This document shows positions 19,035 to 27,862 of a stretch of 64,000 nucleotides of DNA, in pieces. Position numbers and translations under genes: made by a program. Where the stretch lies: the IMG/VR virus record IMGVR_UViG_3300009703_000013; one strand, 5' to 3'. This DNA is from an uncultured virus (IMG/VR IMGVR_UViG_3300009703_000013). Its lineage: Duplodnaviria > Heunggongvirae > Uroviricota > Caudoviricetes. Under the pieces are notes generated by a model. The model had not been told where the DNA came from. It did not search any database and worked only from the letters and a program-made list of their open reading frames with translations. Position 1 is the stretch's first letter, and each line of letters opens with the position of its first letter.

Positions 19035-19204
19035 AATTTAAATCTCTCTAATTTTTCTAATAGTTTTTTTATAGGTTTATATACTGTCCATATCTCATCA
19101 ATATGTTTATCAAGTTTTTTATCTAACTTGTCTAACTTTTTTTCTATAGATGTAAGTTGTTTTCTAGTTTCTGAATCAACTTCTTGACGACCATGTATTT
19201 TCAT
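19028..19204 (-). CDS. Small coiled-coil protein (58 aa, MKIHGRQEVDSETRKQL...ERFKLW)
   Basis: Manually translated; fills the gap between a promoter and the next ORF and overlaps that ORF's start. Confidence 0.65.
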   Translation of the reverse strand: MKIHGRQEVDSETRKQLTSIEKKLDKLDKKLDKHIDEIWTVYKPIKKLLEKLERFKLW

Positions 19205-19228
19205 AATATATTAAGCTCAAGATACAAC

Positions 19229-19258
19229 AAAAGAGGGGCCGTTGTCAACCCCTCTTTT
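19229..19258. terminator. Intrinsic terminator after hsp20 (bidirectional shape); loop contains the -35 box of a minus-strand promoter
   Basis: AAAAGAGGGG-CCGTTGTCAA-CCCCTCTTTT; minus-strand TTGACA (19248-19243), 18-nt spacer, TATCTT. Confidence 0.75.
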
Positions 19259-19276
19259 ATCTTTTTTTAGGTTATA

Positions 19277-19705
19277 TTACTTAACAGTAATTTGTTTTAG
19301 TTTCATTGCCTCTGGTATAATTCTTTCCATAGACACTTTTAAAAGACCGTCTTTTAATTCAGCCCCATTTACTTTTACATCTTTTGCAATTGTAAATTGT
19401 TTTTTAAAGTATCTTTTAGATATACCTTTGTGCAAGACACCATCATTGTCTTCAACTTCTTTTTCGTCTTTTGTTTTGATAGACTCGATGGTTAATATAC
19501 CATTCTCTACTTCAACTGATATATCTTTTTTGTTGAAACCAGCTAGTGCGATTTCTACATTGTAACTATTCTTATCAGTTTTTACTATGTTGTATGGTGG
19601 ATAGTTACTTGGTGCCATACTTACCATTGAGTCGAAATGATCGAACATGTCGTCAAATCCTACTGAGAATGGTCTTAATTGATTGAATATGCTTAGATTG
19701 GTCAT
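19277..19705 (-). CDS. hsp20: Small heat-shock protein Hsp20 (IbpA-like)
   Basis: NYPPYNI, EIALAGF, HKGISKRYF, AELKDGLLKV. Confidence 0.96.
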   Translation of the reverse strand: MTNLSIFNQLRPFSVGFDDMFDHFDSMVSMAPSNYPPYNIVKTDKNSYNVEIALAGFNKKDISVEVENGILTIESIKTKDEKEVEDNDGVLHKGISKRYFKKQFTIAKDVKVNGAELKDGLLKVSMERIIPEAMKLKQITVK

Positions 19706-19713
19706 GATTGATA

Positions 19714-19764
19714 CCTCCTTATATTAAGCAAAGTTTAATTTTAACACCTCTTATGAGCATGTCA
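19714..19764 (-). promoter_or_regulatory. ROSE-like RNA thermometer in the hsp20 5' UTR
   Basis: CUUUGCUUA-AUA-UAAGGAGG hairpin with bulged G sequesters the SD; upstream hairpin UGACAU(G)CUC-AUAA-GAGGUGUUA. Confidence 0.6.
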
Positions 19765-19768
19765 TTAT

Positions 19769-19807
19769 TATTTATATAGGGATTGACCTTCAAAAAGTCA
19801 ACCCCTA
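19769..19807 (-). promoter_or_regulatory. Overlapping late (TATAAATA) and sigma70-like promoters for hsp20, within an inverted repeat
   Basis: TATAAATA at 19776-19769; TTGACT (19801-19796), 17 nt, TATATA; hairpin spans 19777-19807. Confidence 0.65.
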
Positions 19808-19818
19808 AAATAAATTTT

Positions 19819-21018
19819 TTAGATAGTAGCGACAGCGTCCTCATCCTCTGGTTCTTTCTCATCTTCCTCAACTTGAGTTTGAGAATCAGAGTTTAGAGAA
19901 TCAACTGTAACTCCAGCATCAATCTTAGTATAAAGATTTAAGAATGACTCTTTAGTGTCATCATCAAATCTAGCAACACATAACTCGATTGCTTTCATTT
20001 TATCACCAAAGATAGAAAATGCTTTAACAATGTGGTCAAGTCTTCTAGTAGATATAATCTCATCTACACCACCATCGTAAAAAGTTTTTCTGATAACCTC
20101 TGCCCAAGTACATAAGTTGGCAGCGAACTTCTTATCAGACTTACCATACTTATCCATAGACCCAAGTATAATCTTTTCTTCGGTCTTTTTAGCAGCATAA
20201 GGTTGTTCAATTGTGATAGCAAATCTTTCTAAAAATGCTTCGTTCAAAACATTCGTACCGATAAATCTACCATCCTCAGAACCTTTACCTTTGGTATTTG
20301 CTGTTGCAAGAATATTAAATCCAGCTTTTGGTGTAATCCATTTGTTTACTTTTTTAAGATAAACACCTTTACCTTCTAATACTGGTTGCAAACACATTAA
20401 CTTGTTAGAACCTAAGTCACACTCGTCAAGCAACAAAGTACAACCTTTTTCCATAGCTTCAACTACTGGGCCAGGAACAAATTTAGTTTCACCATTTACA
20501 AGTCTGAAACCACCTAACAAATCATCTTCATCAGTTTCAATTGTAATATTGACTCTGATTAAATCTTTTCTGTTAGCAGCATGAACTTGCTCTACCATAA
20601 GAGTTTTACCATTACCAGATAGACCAGTAACAAAAACTGGGTAAAACATGCCAGACTTAACAATCTGATTGATTGTAGAGTAATGACCCCAAGGTACAAA
20701 TCCTTTAAACTTAGAAGGTACTAAACTTTCAGAACCAGAATTTGTAGCGATTAAGTTAACTGACATTGCATTATCAGTATTATTAGAAACAGTTGAACTG
20801 ATTTGTTTAATTTCAACATCATCTTGTTCAGCTGTGTCACTTGTCGGTAATTGGTATTTACCGTGACCTACTTTGTAAGCAGGTTTCTTGAACCAACTAG
20901 GATTAGAAAATCCTATTGATTTAGCGAACTCATTGATCTCGTTCCTAGAAACGATAGCACCAACACCGAAGTGTTTTGACGCTTTATCAACAAACGCTTG
21001 TTTATTGGGTGTTAACAT
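19819..21018 (-). CDS. CobS-like MoxR-type AAA+ ATPase
   Basis: GLSGNGKT, DEDDLLGG, LLLDE, ATANTKG, NEAFLERF, ISTRRL. Confidence 0.92.
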   Translation of the reverse strand: MLTPNKQAFVDKASKHFGVGAIVSRNEINEFAKSIGFSNPSWFKKPAYKVGHGKYQLPTSDTAEQDDVEIKQISSTVSNNTDNAMSVNLIATNSGSESLVPSKFKGFVPWGHYSTINQIVKSGMFYPVFVTGLSGNGKTLMVEQVHAANRKDLIRVNITIETDEDDLLGGFRLVNGETKFVPGPVVEAMEKGCTLLLDECDLGSNKLMCLQPVLEGKGVYLKKVNKWITPKAGFNILATANTKGKGSEDGRFIGTNVLNEAFLERFAITIEQPYAAKKTEEKIILGSMDKYGKSDKKFAANLCTWAEVIRKTFYDGGVDEIISTRRLDHIVKAFSIFGDKMKAIELCVARFDDDTKESFLNLYTKIDAGVTVDSLNSDSQTQVEEDEKEPEDEDAVATI

Positions 21019-21061
21019 AATATAACCTCTCTTGTTGTTGTTTTTATCACCTTATACATTA

Positions 21062-21091
21062 ATTCTATCATAATATAGTGTTTATTGTCAA
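21062..21091 (-). promoter_or_regulatory. Sigma70-type early promoter upstream of the cobS-like gene
   Basis: TTGACA, 18 nt, TG-extended TAGAAT; SD GAGAGG downstream. Confidence 0.75.
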
Positions 21092-21130
21092 CCATATAAC
21101 CATATCAATAAAGCTAGTAATATCAATCAT

Positions 21131-23350
21131 TTACGCCACCATATCTATGAATTTGTTAAGTAATTGTCTATTTAAAGTCTTAGAACCACTTGCTTTTTTG
21201 AATGCTTTTAGTATTTGATTCGATTTTGCATTTGGCACTATATCTAGTATTTCATCATCACCTTGATCTATAGGACCTCTTGGTAAGATATAATACTCAT
21301 CATAACCTTGAGACTTACATACTAATACTTTTTCTTTTCTTAATTGTTTTTGTGCATCTAAAATCTTTTGTTCATCTGAACCTCTAGACCAACCCATTTT
21401 TCTGCAAATAGTATCAATGTTAACTCTACCATGTCTACCTCTACCCTCGATAAAGAAACCTGTAATATTAAGACCAGGAACTTGTTTTTTAAGCATAGTC
21501 AATAAAGCTGTAGTTTGTTGATTTCTGTAATAACTTTCATGATCTTGAAGTAATTTAATACCTCTTGTTTTATCTGAATAAACAATGTGATTATCATAAG
21601 GAACATCAACTTGACCAAATACTTCGTTATCATTCCAATCTTTTTTGTAATCAAAATAATATCTAGCAGCATGACTATCACCATCAGTTAAAAATATTAA
21701 GTTTGTTTTTTGAACTCTAGTTTGCATTTGAAAGTTTTCAATAACTTGAGCTGCACAAGCGATAGCATGATTAAGTGGTGTACCACCTAAATTATATTTG
21801 TCATTAACATAAGAAACATGAGATATACTCATATCTCTATTGTGTCTGTAATTCCATTGACAAGACATTCTAATACAGTTTTTAATTTGCTCTTCTTGTT
21901 CTGCTTTAGTCATATTAGAACTAAACAATTCTATTAATTTAACATTCTCTAAATCCATATCACCAACTTTTTGTTGTTGACTCTGAGTAACTGATTCACC
22001 TTCATATACATTTTGTCTATGTTCTCTATCAGAAAAAGCAAGAACTTGAAAAGGTATCTTTGTTCTATTACAAAACCAAATAAGATTGTATAATTGTTTT
22101 AGTGTAAAATCCATGTTGTCACTCATTGAACCAGACCAGTCAACATACATAATCATACCATGATTAGTTGCACCAGGTATAGTAGTCATTTTTGCAAATA
22201 AGTCATCATTGTATTTGTAAGTATGTAACTTACTCATATTAAGAACACCAGTTTTTGCAATAGTTGCTCTTTTATATAAATCTGCTTGTTTTTTCATTTC
22301 AAATTCTTTGACCATGTATGAAACTACTTTTTTATTATCATTAAGTATCTTAGTATATTCACTATGAATAAAATCGTTAGCACTTGAACTGTCATTTTTA
22401 TAATGTTCTTTTAAATCTGATAATACAGTTTTGTATGATATAATTAAATTTTTAAGATTAACTTTTGGTATGTTAACATAACTTCTATCTCTTGCTTCGT
22501 GATCGTTATGATCATCCATTGCTGATTGATAAGCTGCATCTGTATGAGCAACTAAGTCACTTTTAATTCCTAGACCTGCACCGTTACCACCAACTTGACT
22601 TTGCGTAACAGAGTCTTTTTTCTCATCATCATTTTTATCTTTAGATTTGCCATCTGAATCTGAGTCATTGTCATCATTATCTTGATTGTCCTCAATATCC
22701 ACATTAGAATCCGAAGATGAAGACTCATTATTATCAGAGTCTTCGTCTTCTTGTTTAGGAGCATTATTAGGAACAATAATAGTTAATTCATCTTTTTTAT
22801 CTTCCTTTGATTTCTTTTTGTGATAACCAGAAATCTCAATTGCAAGTTTAATTACATCATCTGGTGTTTTACATTTTGCAACTTTGTCAGCAAGTAATTT
22901 TTCTTGAGTATTAAATCCTACATCAAGACCAGTTTTGAAGTAAATATTAATTTTGTCGATAACATTAAGTTTAGATAAATCTTTGTTTTTGATACCAAAG
23001 AAATCTCTATCTAATAATTCTTTGTAACCTTGAGTAAAGTTTTTTTGAGAACCAGGATATCTTTTTTGTATCATCGCTTCTATTCTAGCGTCTTCGATAA
23101 CGTTAACTACAGAATGATCGATACCTTCTTTATGAATTTTTTTTAACATATCTAAAGGAGTCCAAAGTGAATGACCAACTTCATGACATACAAACATGTC
23201 ATACACATCGTTAGATATTTGATCTTTGAATATTGGTAAAACTAACTCTCTCTTTTTAACGTCAAAAGAAGCAGTCCTAGTTTTTTTGTGAACTATTGAA
23301 ATATCCTCTTCGGCAAGTAATTTTGCAATAGTTGATTTTTTATTCTGCAT
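21131..23350 (-). CDS. CobT-like protein: metallopeptidase-like N-terminus, acidic linker and VWA domain
   Basis: HEVGH, NVIEDARIE, MIDAS DWSGSM, GGTPL, LTDG; start MQNKKSTIAK preceded by SD GAGAGG. Confidence 0.88.
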   Translation of the reverse strand: MQNKKSTIAKLLAEEDISIVHKKTRTASFDVKKRELVLPIFKDQISNDVYDMFVCHEVGHSLWTPLDMLKKIHKEGIDHSVVNVIEDARIEAMIQKRYPGSQKNFTQGYKELLDRDFFGIKNKDLSKLNVIDKINIYFKTGLDVGFNTQEKLLADKVAKCKTPDDVIKLAIEISGYHKKKSKEDKKDELTIIVPNNAPKQEDEDSDNNESSSSDSNVDIEDNQDNDDNDSDSDGKSKDKNDDEKKDSVTQSQVGGNGAGLGIKSDLVAHTDAAYQSAMDDHNDHEARDRSYVNIPKVNLKNLIISYKTVLSDLKEHYKNDSSSANDFIHSEYTKILNDNKKVVSYMVKEFEMKKQADLYKRATIAKTGVLNMSKLHTYKYNDDLFAKMTTIPGATNHGMIMYVDWSGSMSDNMDFTLKQLYNLIWFCNRTKIPFQVLAFSDREHRQNVYEGESVTQSQQQKVGDMDLENVKLIELFSSNMTKAEQEEQIKNCIRMSCQWNYRHNRDMSISHVSYVNDKYNLGGTPLNHAIACAAQVIENFQMQTRVQKTNLIFLTDGDSHAARYYFDYKKDWNDNEVFGQVDVPYDNHIVYSDKTRGIKLLQDHESYYRNQQTTALLTMLKKQVPGLNITGFFIEGRGRHGRVNIDTICRKMGWSRGSDEQKILDAQKQLRKEKVLVCKSQGYDEYYILPRGPIDQGDDEILDIVPNAKSNQILKAFKKASGSKTLNRQLLNKFIDMVA

Positions 23351-23372
23351 ATTAACCTCTCTCATACTAGCT

Positions 23373-23401
23373 AATCTATCAGGTAAGGGGTATATTGTCA
23401 A
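23373..23401 (-). promoter_or_regulatory. Sigma70-type early promoter upstream of the cobT-like gene
   Basis: TTGACA, 17 nt, TG-extended TAGATT. Confidence 0.75.
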
Positions 23402-23499
23402 GGCGATAAAAAGCAAGTAAAATCAACGATTTTAGGGGGTAGTAGGGGCAGGGGTACCCCTTGAAATACCCGCTCAGCACGTGCTCAGCGCCTCTTTTT

Positions 23500-24603
23500 T
23501 TAAGGATTCGATGTTGATTCGGGGGTTATATCATTAAACCACCTCTCTATATCATATTTTAAAGTGATCAATTCGTCACCATTATTCATAAAATGCCTAT
23601 AATTATGTTCTAGTATATCTAAGTTATTCATTACTAACTTTTCTAAATCTCTTGTTCTTAATTCCTTGATTAATTTTGTGATGGCATCTATTCTATCTTC
23701 GTGTCCTAATACATCATCATAAGACTCATCCCATAAATTATCAAATGTTTTGTATCCTTGATACTGTAACATTTTTAGAGAATGTTGAGAACCAACTATA
23801 ATGAAAGGTAGTTTTAACATCATTGCTTTGTAAGTTTTCTCTGTCAAACATATAGAGTTATTAGTATTGTCAATGTCATGAAAGTTACTCTCTGTTATAA
23901 TGTATATACAATTTTCTCTAGACCAATAAGATAAATCTTCCTCACCATCAAAAGGTTTCGCTTCTAATTTAATATCTGTTTGTTTATCATACGTAACTTT
24001 TTGAATTACGTCATCTATACTAGCATTGAAATCATTTAACATTGGTATCATCTTACTCATAAACAAACTTCTATGTCTAGTTGGTGATCTATTGACACAT
24101 AAAAACTTTTTAGGATTGGTTAACGTTTTTGTTATCTCTGATTGTTTATGAGCATAGTTTCTTACTTTTCTTTCAAACATACTACAGAAATAAGTATTAT
24201 CAAAGTATTGTATTTGATTATCTCTGTAAGTTGTCTTACCAGTTATTATGTGATACTTGTTTATGTTTGCTTCTTTTAAAAGTTTTGGATATTCATAAAT
24301 CCAATTACCACCATCTAAATCAACTTCACAATCATTTATAATATAGAAACACTTATCATTGTTAATATCATCTTTAACTTTATCTGGTAATAATTTAAAT
24401 TCATTATTTTTTATACTGTCAAAGTTTGGTTTTCTAACATTATCATAGTAGATATATTTTCCTTTTACTTTGTCTAAAGTAGTTGTAGGATAACCAAGTT
24501 CTTTGTATAACGGTATATGATAATCTGTTACTTGATGAAGTAACTTATCAGGTCTTTTTGAATAACTATTATATAACGATTTATTTTTGAATGCTATAAT
24601 CAT
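23500..24603 (-). CDS. Hypothetical protein, glycosyltransferase-like C-terminus
   Basis: FLCVNR..RHR, IITES, LTEKTYKAM..KLPFIIVG, GYKTF..WDESYD; the TEK motif recalls GT10-like enzymes. Confidence 0.55.
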   Translation of the reverse strand: MIIAFKNKSLYNSYSKRPDKLLHQVTDYHIPLYKELGYPTTTLDKVKGKYIYYDNVRKPNFDSIKNNEFKLLPDKVKDDINNDKCFYIINDCEVDLDGGNWIYEYPKLLKEANINKYHIITGKTTYRDNQIQYFDNTYFCSMFERKVRNYAHKQSEITKTLTNPKKFLCVNRSPTRHRSLFMSKMIPMLNDFNASIDDVIQKVTYDKQTDIKLEAKPFDGEEDLSYWSRENCIYIITESNFHDIDNTNNSICLTEKTYKAMMLKLPFIIVGSQHSLKMLQYQGYKTFDNLWDESYDDVLGHEDRIDAITKLIKELRTRDLEKLVMNNLDILEHNYRHFMNNGDELITLKYDIERWFNDITPESTSNP

Positions 24604-25423
24604 AAAGTTCTTTTGCTATCAACCTGTGTGCCTTTTCATTAGGGTGAGTATCTTTGAATGATACTTTATAACCTGTTTCACCCATTGCTCTTTTTAAGAA
24701 ACTTAAAACATTAAATCCACCAATGTCTGGTACTATTGGCCATCCCCAAAAATTTTTCTCTTTAATTAAATCACTGGTTTTATGTTCTATTAATTTTATT
24801 GCGATTGCATTATCTCTTTTATGATTGTCATTTGTAAAATGAAATGCTGGTATTGGTTTAATTGCTTGTGCAAACGTATATGGTATGTTTAAATTTTCAC
24901 ATATAGATTGCATTGAATATATGTAATTTAAATTAGTATCTATAAGATTATCTAAGTTTGGGTATGCATGTTTGATAGTGCCAGAAAAATTAAAAGACTT
25001 TCTATACCACAATTGTGTTTTATCATATTCATCATTCTCAGCTCTAGGTATCATAGTATCAAATCTTTTTGTTATCTTTGTTCTACTACCATCTGCTTGA
25101 GTTATGTGATATGAATAATCGTTAAGTAAAAAATCTTGTCTTGCCCATTCTGACCACATTACATATACATGTTTTATATTATCTTTGTTTTTTATTATTG
25201 CATCTAAAGTTTCATGATAGATTGCCATATTACCAAATCCACACTTAGCAGTATTAATAACTTCACAATCATATAATTCACCTATGACTTCTGGCCACAT
25301 TTTAAAATTCAAAGGTTTTGGTTTTGCTCTACTAGGATAGTTCTTATCTGTAAAACTGCAGCCACCAACTATTATTTTATCGGAATACTTTGACATTATA
25401 TTTTTTTTCAAATCTACCTGCAT
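24581..25423 (-). CDS. SGNH/GDSL-hydrolase-like protein
   Basis: VGGCSFTD near the N-terminus, G.GN block, DTHPN..AH near the C-terminus. Confidence 0.7.
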   Translation of the reverse strand: MQVDLKKNIMSKYSDKIIVGGCSFTDKNYPSRAKPKPLNFKMWPEVIGELYDCEVINTAKCGFGNMAIYHETLDAIIKNKDNIKHVYVMWSEWARQDFLLNDYSYHITQADGSRTKITKRFDTMIPRAENDEYDKTQLWYRKSFNFSGTIKHAYPNLDNLIDTNLNYIYSMQSICENLNIPYTFAQAIKPIPAFHFTNDNHKRDNAIAIKLIEHKTSDLIKEKNFWGWPIVPDIGGFNVLSFLKRAMGETGYKVSFKDTHPNEKAHRLIAKELYDYSIQK

Positions 25424-26714
25424 GTGTATAATTATTTACCATAGGTTTTCCTCTTATGTTTAAAGATGTATTCAATAACATTGGACAACCTGTTTCATTA
25501 TACCACTCTTCTAGTATAGGTCTTAATATACTTATATTATCTTTTTCAACACATTGAACTCTAGCAGTACCATCAATATGTGTAACTGATTTATAATCAT
25601 GTTTTGCTTTACATACAAACTGCATGTATCTATTTTTTCTACCAACAAAATAATCATCAAAGTGTTCTTCTAATATTGCTGGTGCAAATGGTCTAAATTT
25701 TTGTCTTTGTTTTATTTCATTTACAGTATCTTTTATATCAAGTCTAGGGTCTGCTAATAAACTTCTATTACCTAATGCTCTTGGTCCAAACTCTGCTCTT
25801 CCGTTTGCAACTCCACAAACTTTATTTTCTAATAAGTATTGCACAATCTCTTTTGGATTTAATTCTTTTTCTGCTATTATATTATGGCCTAAATATGGAT
25901 GTCGCCATCTTATTTTTTTCTTTTCAATTAAAGCAGCTGCACCTAAACTTGAACCTGCATCACCTGGTGATGGCATAATCCAAATATTAAAACGATCTGG
26001 TATTTTACTATTCGCAACACAATTCAAAGCACAACCACCCATGATTACTATATTACTATACTCGCAATATTTTAATAATTCTAAAAACTTTGTTTCGTAT
26101 AAATTTTGTACACTAGCTGCTAAATCATTAGGGTGTGCTCGTGGAAATATTTTACCAACACCTCTATGATTATTTTTATGTAATAGATATTCTAAATCAT
26201 ATTTTGGTTCTCCAAATGCAGCCATGCCCATTGTAATATATTCATCTTCGTTTGGTTTTAATCCTATTCTTCTTGTAATCGCTGAATACAATAATCCTAG
26301 TGAATATGGATAGTTCCATGTTTTTAGTTTTTTTAACTTATCATCTTTACCTTCCCATATTGATATCGTATTCCATTCACCTATTGCATCTACAACCAAA
26401 ACATTACACTCATTAAAAGGTGAAGTGTAGTAACCTGCAGCTGCATGAGTTTCATGATGACCAAAGTAATAGTCATATTTTTTATTAGGCCATTTCATTC
26501 TTTGACCTGCAAACAATCTTCTTGTATTTTTTAAAAATGGTTTTTCATAAAATGCTATATTATCATAGTGCATTGGTAATACATAATCATCAAAATTAGG
26601 ATCACCTTTTATTTGAGAATATCTTTCACAATGATTAGCAAAAATTATTTCTTTTCCATTTAAAGTTGTTGATGCGGCATCATGAAACCCTGCTGATACT
26701 CCTACATTAATCAT
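25377..26714 (-). CDS. O-carbamoyltransferase (NodU/CmcH family)
   Basis: HDAA, ERYS, HHETHAA, DAIGE, MGMAAFG, GGCALNC, PGDAGSSLG, EFGPRALGNRS, FRPFAP, LLNTS. Confidence 0.95.
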   Translation of the reverse strand: MINVGVSAGFHDAASTTLNGKEIIFANHCERYSQIKGDPNFDDYVLPMHYDNIAFYEKPFLKNTRRLFAGQRMKWPNKKYDYYFGHHETHAAAGYYTSPFNECNVLVVDAIGEWNTISIWEGKDDKLKKLKTWNYPYSLGLLYSAITRRIGLKPNEDEYITMGMAAFGEPKYDLEYLLHKNNHRGVGKIFPRAHPNDLAASVQNLYETKFLELLKYCEYSNIVIMGGCALNCVANSKIPDRFNIWIMPSPGDAGSSLGAAALIEKKKIRWRHPYLGHNIIAEKELNPKEIVQYLLENKVCGVANGRAEFGPRALGNRSLLADPRLDIKDTVNEIKQRQKFRPFAPAILEEHFDDYFVGRKNRYMQFVCKAKHDYKSVTHIDGTARVQCVEKDNISILRPILEEWYNETGCPMLLNTSLNIRGKPMVNNYTHAGRFEKKYNVKVFR

Positions 26715-26989
26715 TTGTTTACCTTACAATTAAACTGACATATATCTATTGGGTCTTCAAAACTTTTTGGTAAATCTTTTTGAAACCAATCTTTGTGTGT
26801 AATATTTTTTATACTATCATTTTCTAAATTATATCTATCTTTGTTATCATGATACTTTGTCAATAGTTGATGTTTTGCTTTATTTGGTTTACCATATTGA
26901 TCACTAGCAAGATAACAACAAGGCCAAACTTGACCATCTGGGTTTATCATAGTTTTAGTTGTGCCTTCCAAAAATTTACACTTTATCAT
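26711..26989 (-). CDS. Stand-alone SPASM/twitch Fe-S domain protein
   Basis: KC...INPDGQVWPCC...ICQFNC. Confidence 0.75.
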   Translation of the reverse strand: MIKCKFLEGTTKTMINPDGQVWPCCYLASDQYGKPNKAKHQLLTKYHDNKDRYNLENDSIKNITHKDWFQKDLPKSFEDPIDICQFNCKVNK

Positions 26990-27722
26990 CTGCAGCCTCT
27001 AGATATTCCTCTTCACCTTTTTCATTAATAAAATAAAATTTATTAGATTTGTTATGATTAAATATATGAGTAGGATTTGAATTGGGGATAGAATTTTCAA
27101 ATCTATCACTAGGGTAAAACTCATGATTTGCTGAACCATACTTTTTTACTAAATCTAATATATCTTTTTTATATTCTTGATTGTGTTTAAATAATATTGT
27201 TTGAGATAATGCTTTTCCTTTAGTTTGTGAAAACATATACATGTGATCTAAAGATTTTTTTAATGATGTACCTCTTCTATACTTTTGATGCATTTCCTCT
27301 GTGGTGCCATCTATATCAAATATAATAGTAAGTCTTTCCCCACAATAAACACCTAAGTTCCAATAAAACTCTTCATTACGTAAACTACCATTTGTTGTTA
27401 TTAGTACATTTGCTTTTGAATTATCAATAATGTAGTGACATATTTTTTCTATATCTTTTGCCATCATTGAGTCTCCCCAAGTGCTAGTAAACCCATACTC
27501 TTCTATATCATCTAAAGTTTCTTTTGGAAAATATTTTATAAATTTTTCTACTGGCCAAGATATAATTGGTAACCAATCAACAGCACCTAAACCATTTGGG
27601 TCAGTTCTATCACATTGAGGACATCTAGCATTACAACGATTAGTTATCGCAATATCAATTCTTTTTGATAAACTTTGACCTAAGTCTATCATCTCTTGAG
27701 GGTGTTGTAAAAAGTTTGGCAT
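26976..27722 (-). CDS. Radical SAM protein
   Basis: CNARCPQC (CxxxCxxC), TTNGS, FDIDG. Confidence 0.88.
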   Translation of the reverse strand: MPNFLQHPQEMIDLGQSLSKRIDIAITNRCNARCPQCDRTDPNGLGAVDWLPIISWPVEKFIKYFPKETLDDIEEYGFTSTWGDSMMAKDIEKICHYIIDNSKANVLITTNGSLRNEEFYWNLGVYCGERLTIIFDIDGTTEEMHQKYRRGTSLKKSLDHMYMFSQTKGKALSQTILFKHNQEYKKDILDLVKKYGSANHEFYPSDRFENSIPNSNPTHIFNHNKSNKFYFINEKGEEEYLEAADDKV

Positions 27723-27862
27723 TATTCATCTTTAAAGTCATTATCAAAATCATCATTTTCATAAATGAAAACATCTTGATCTTTCTCTTTCTTTTTAAAA
27801 TAAGATAAAAATGTTGACCAATATAGTCTAAGATATAACTTCCATTGTTTTATTGTTCTCAT
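27722..27862 (-). CDS. Small hypothetical protein (46 aa, MRTIKQWKLYLRLYWSTF...)
   Basis: Manually translated; TAATG overlaps at both ends fill the gap exactly. Confidence 0.6.
   Translation of the reverse strand: MRTIKQWKLYLRLYWSTFLSYFKKKEKDQDVFIYENDDFDNDFKDE

Noticed and set aside
19819..23350. Cobalamin biosynthesis (cobS/cobT) as an auxiliary metabolic pathway
   Set aside because: The AAA+/VWA pair is common in T4-like phages, and no cobN or other cob genes are present; a chaperone-like role is more plausible.
21131..23416. ORF-track start at 23416 for the cobT-like gene
   Set aside because: The extension runs through the promoter; the ATG at 23350 has a strong SD and is the better start.
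23434..23500. tRNA gene in the GC-rich intergenic patch
   Set aside because: No cloverleaf, T-loop GTTC motif or acceptor stem on either strand.
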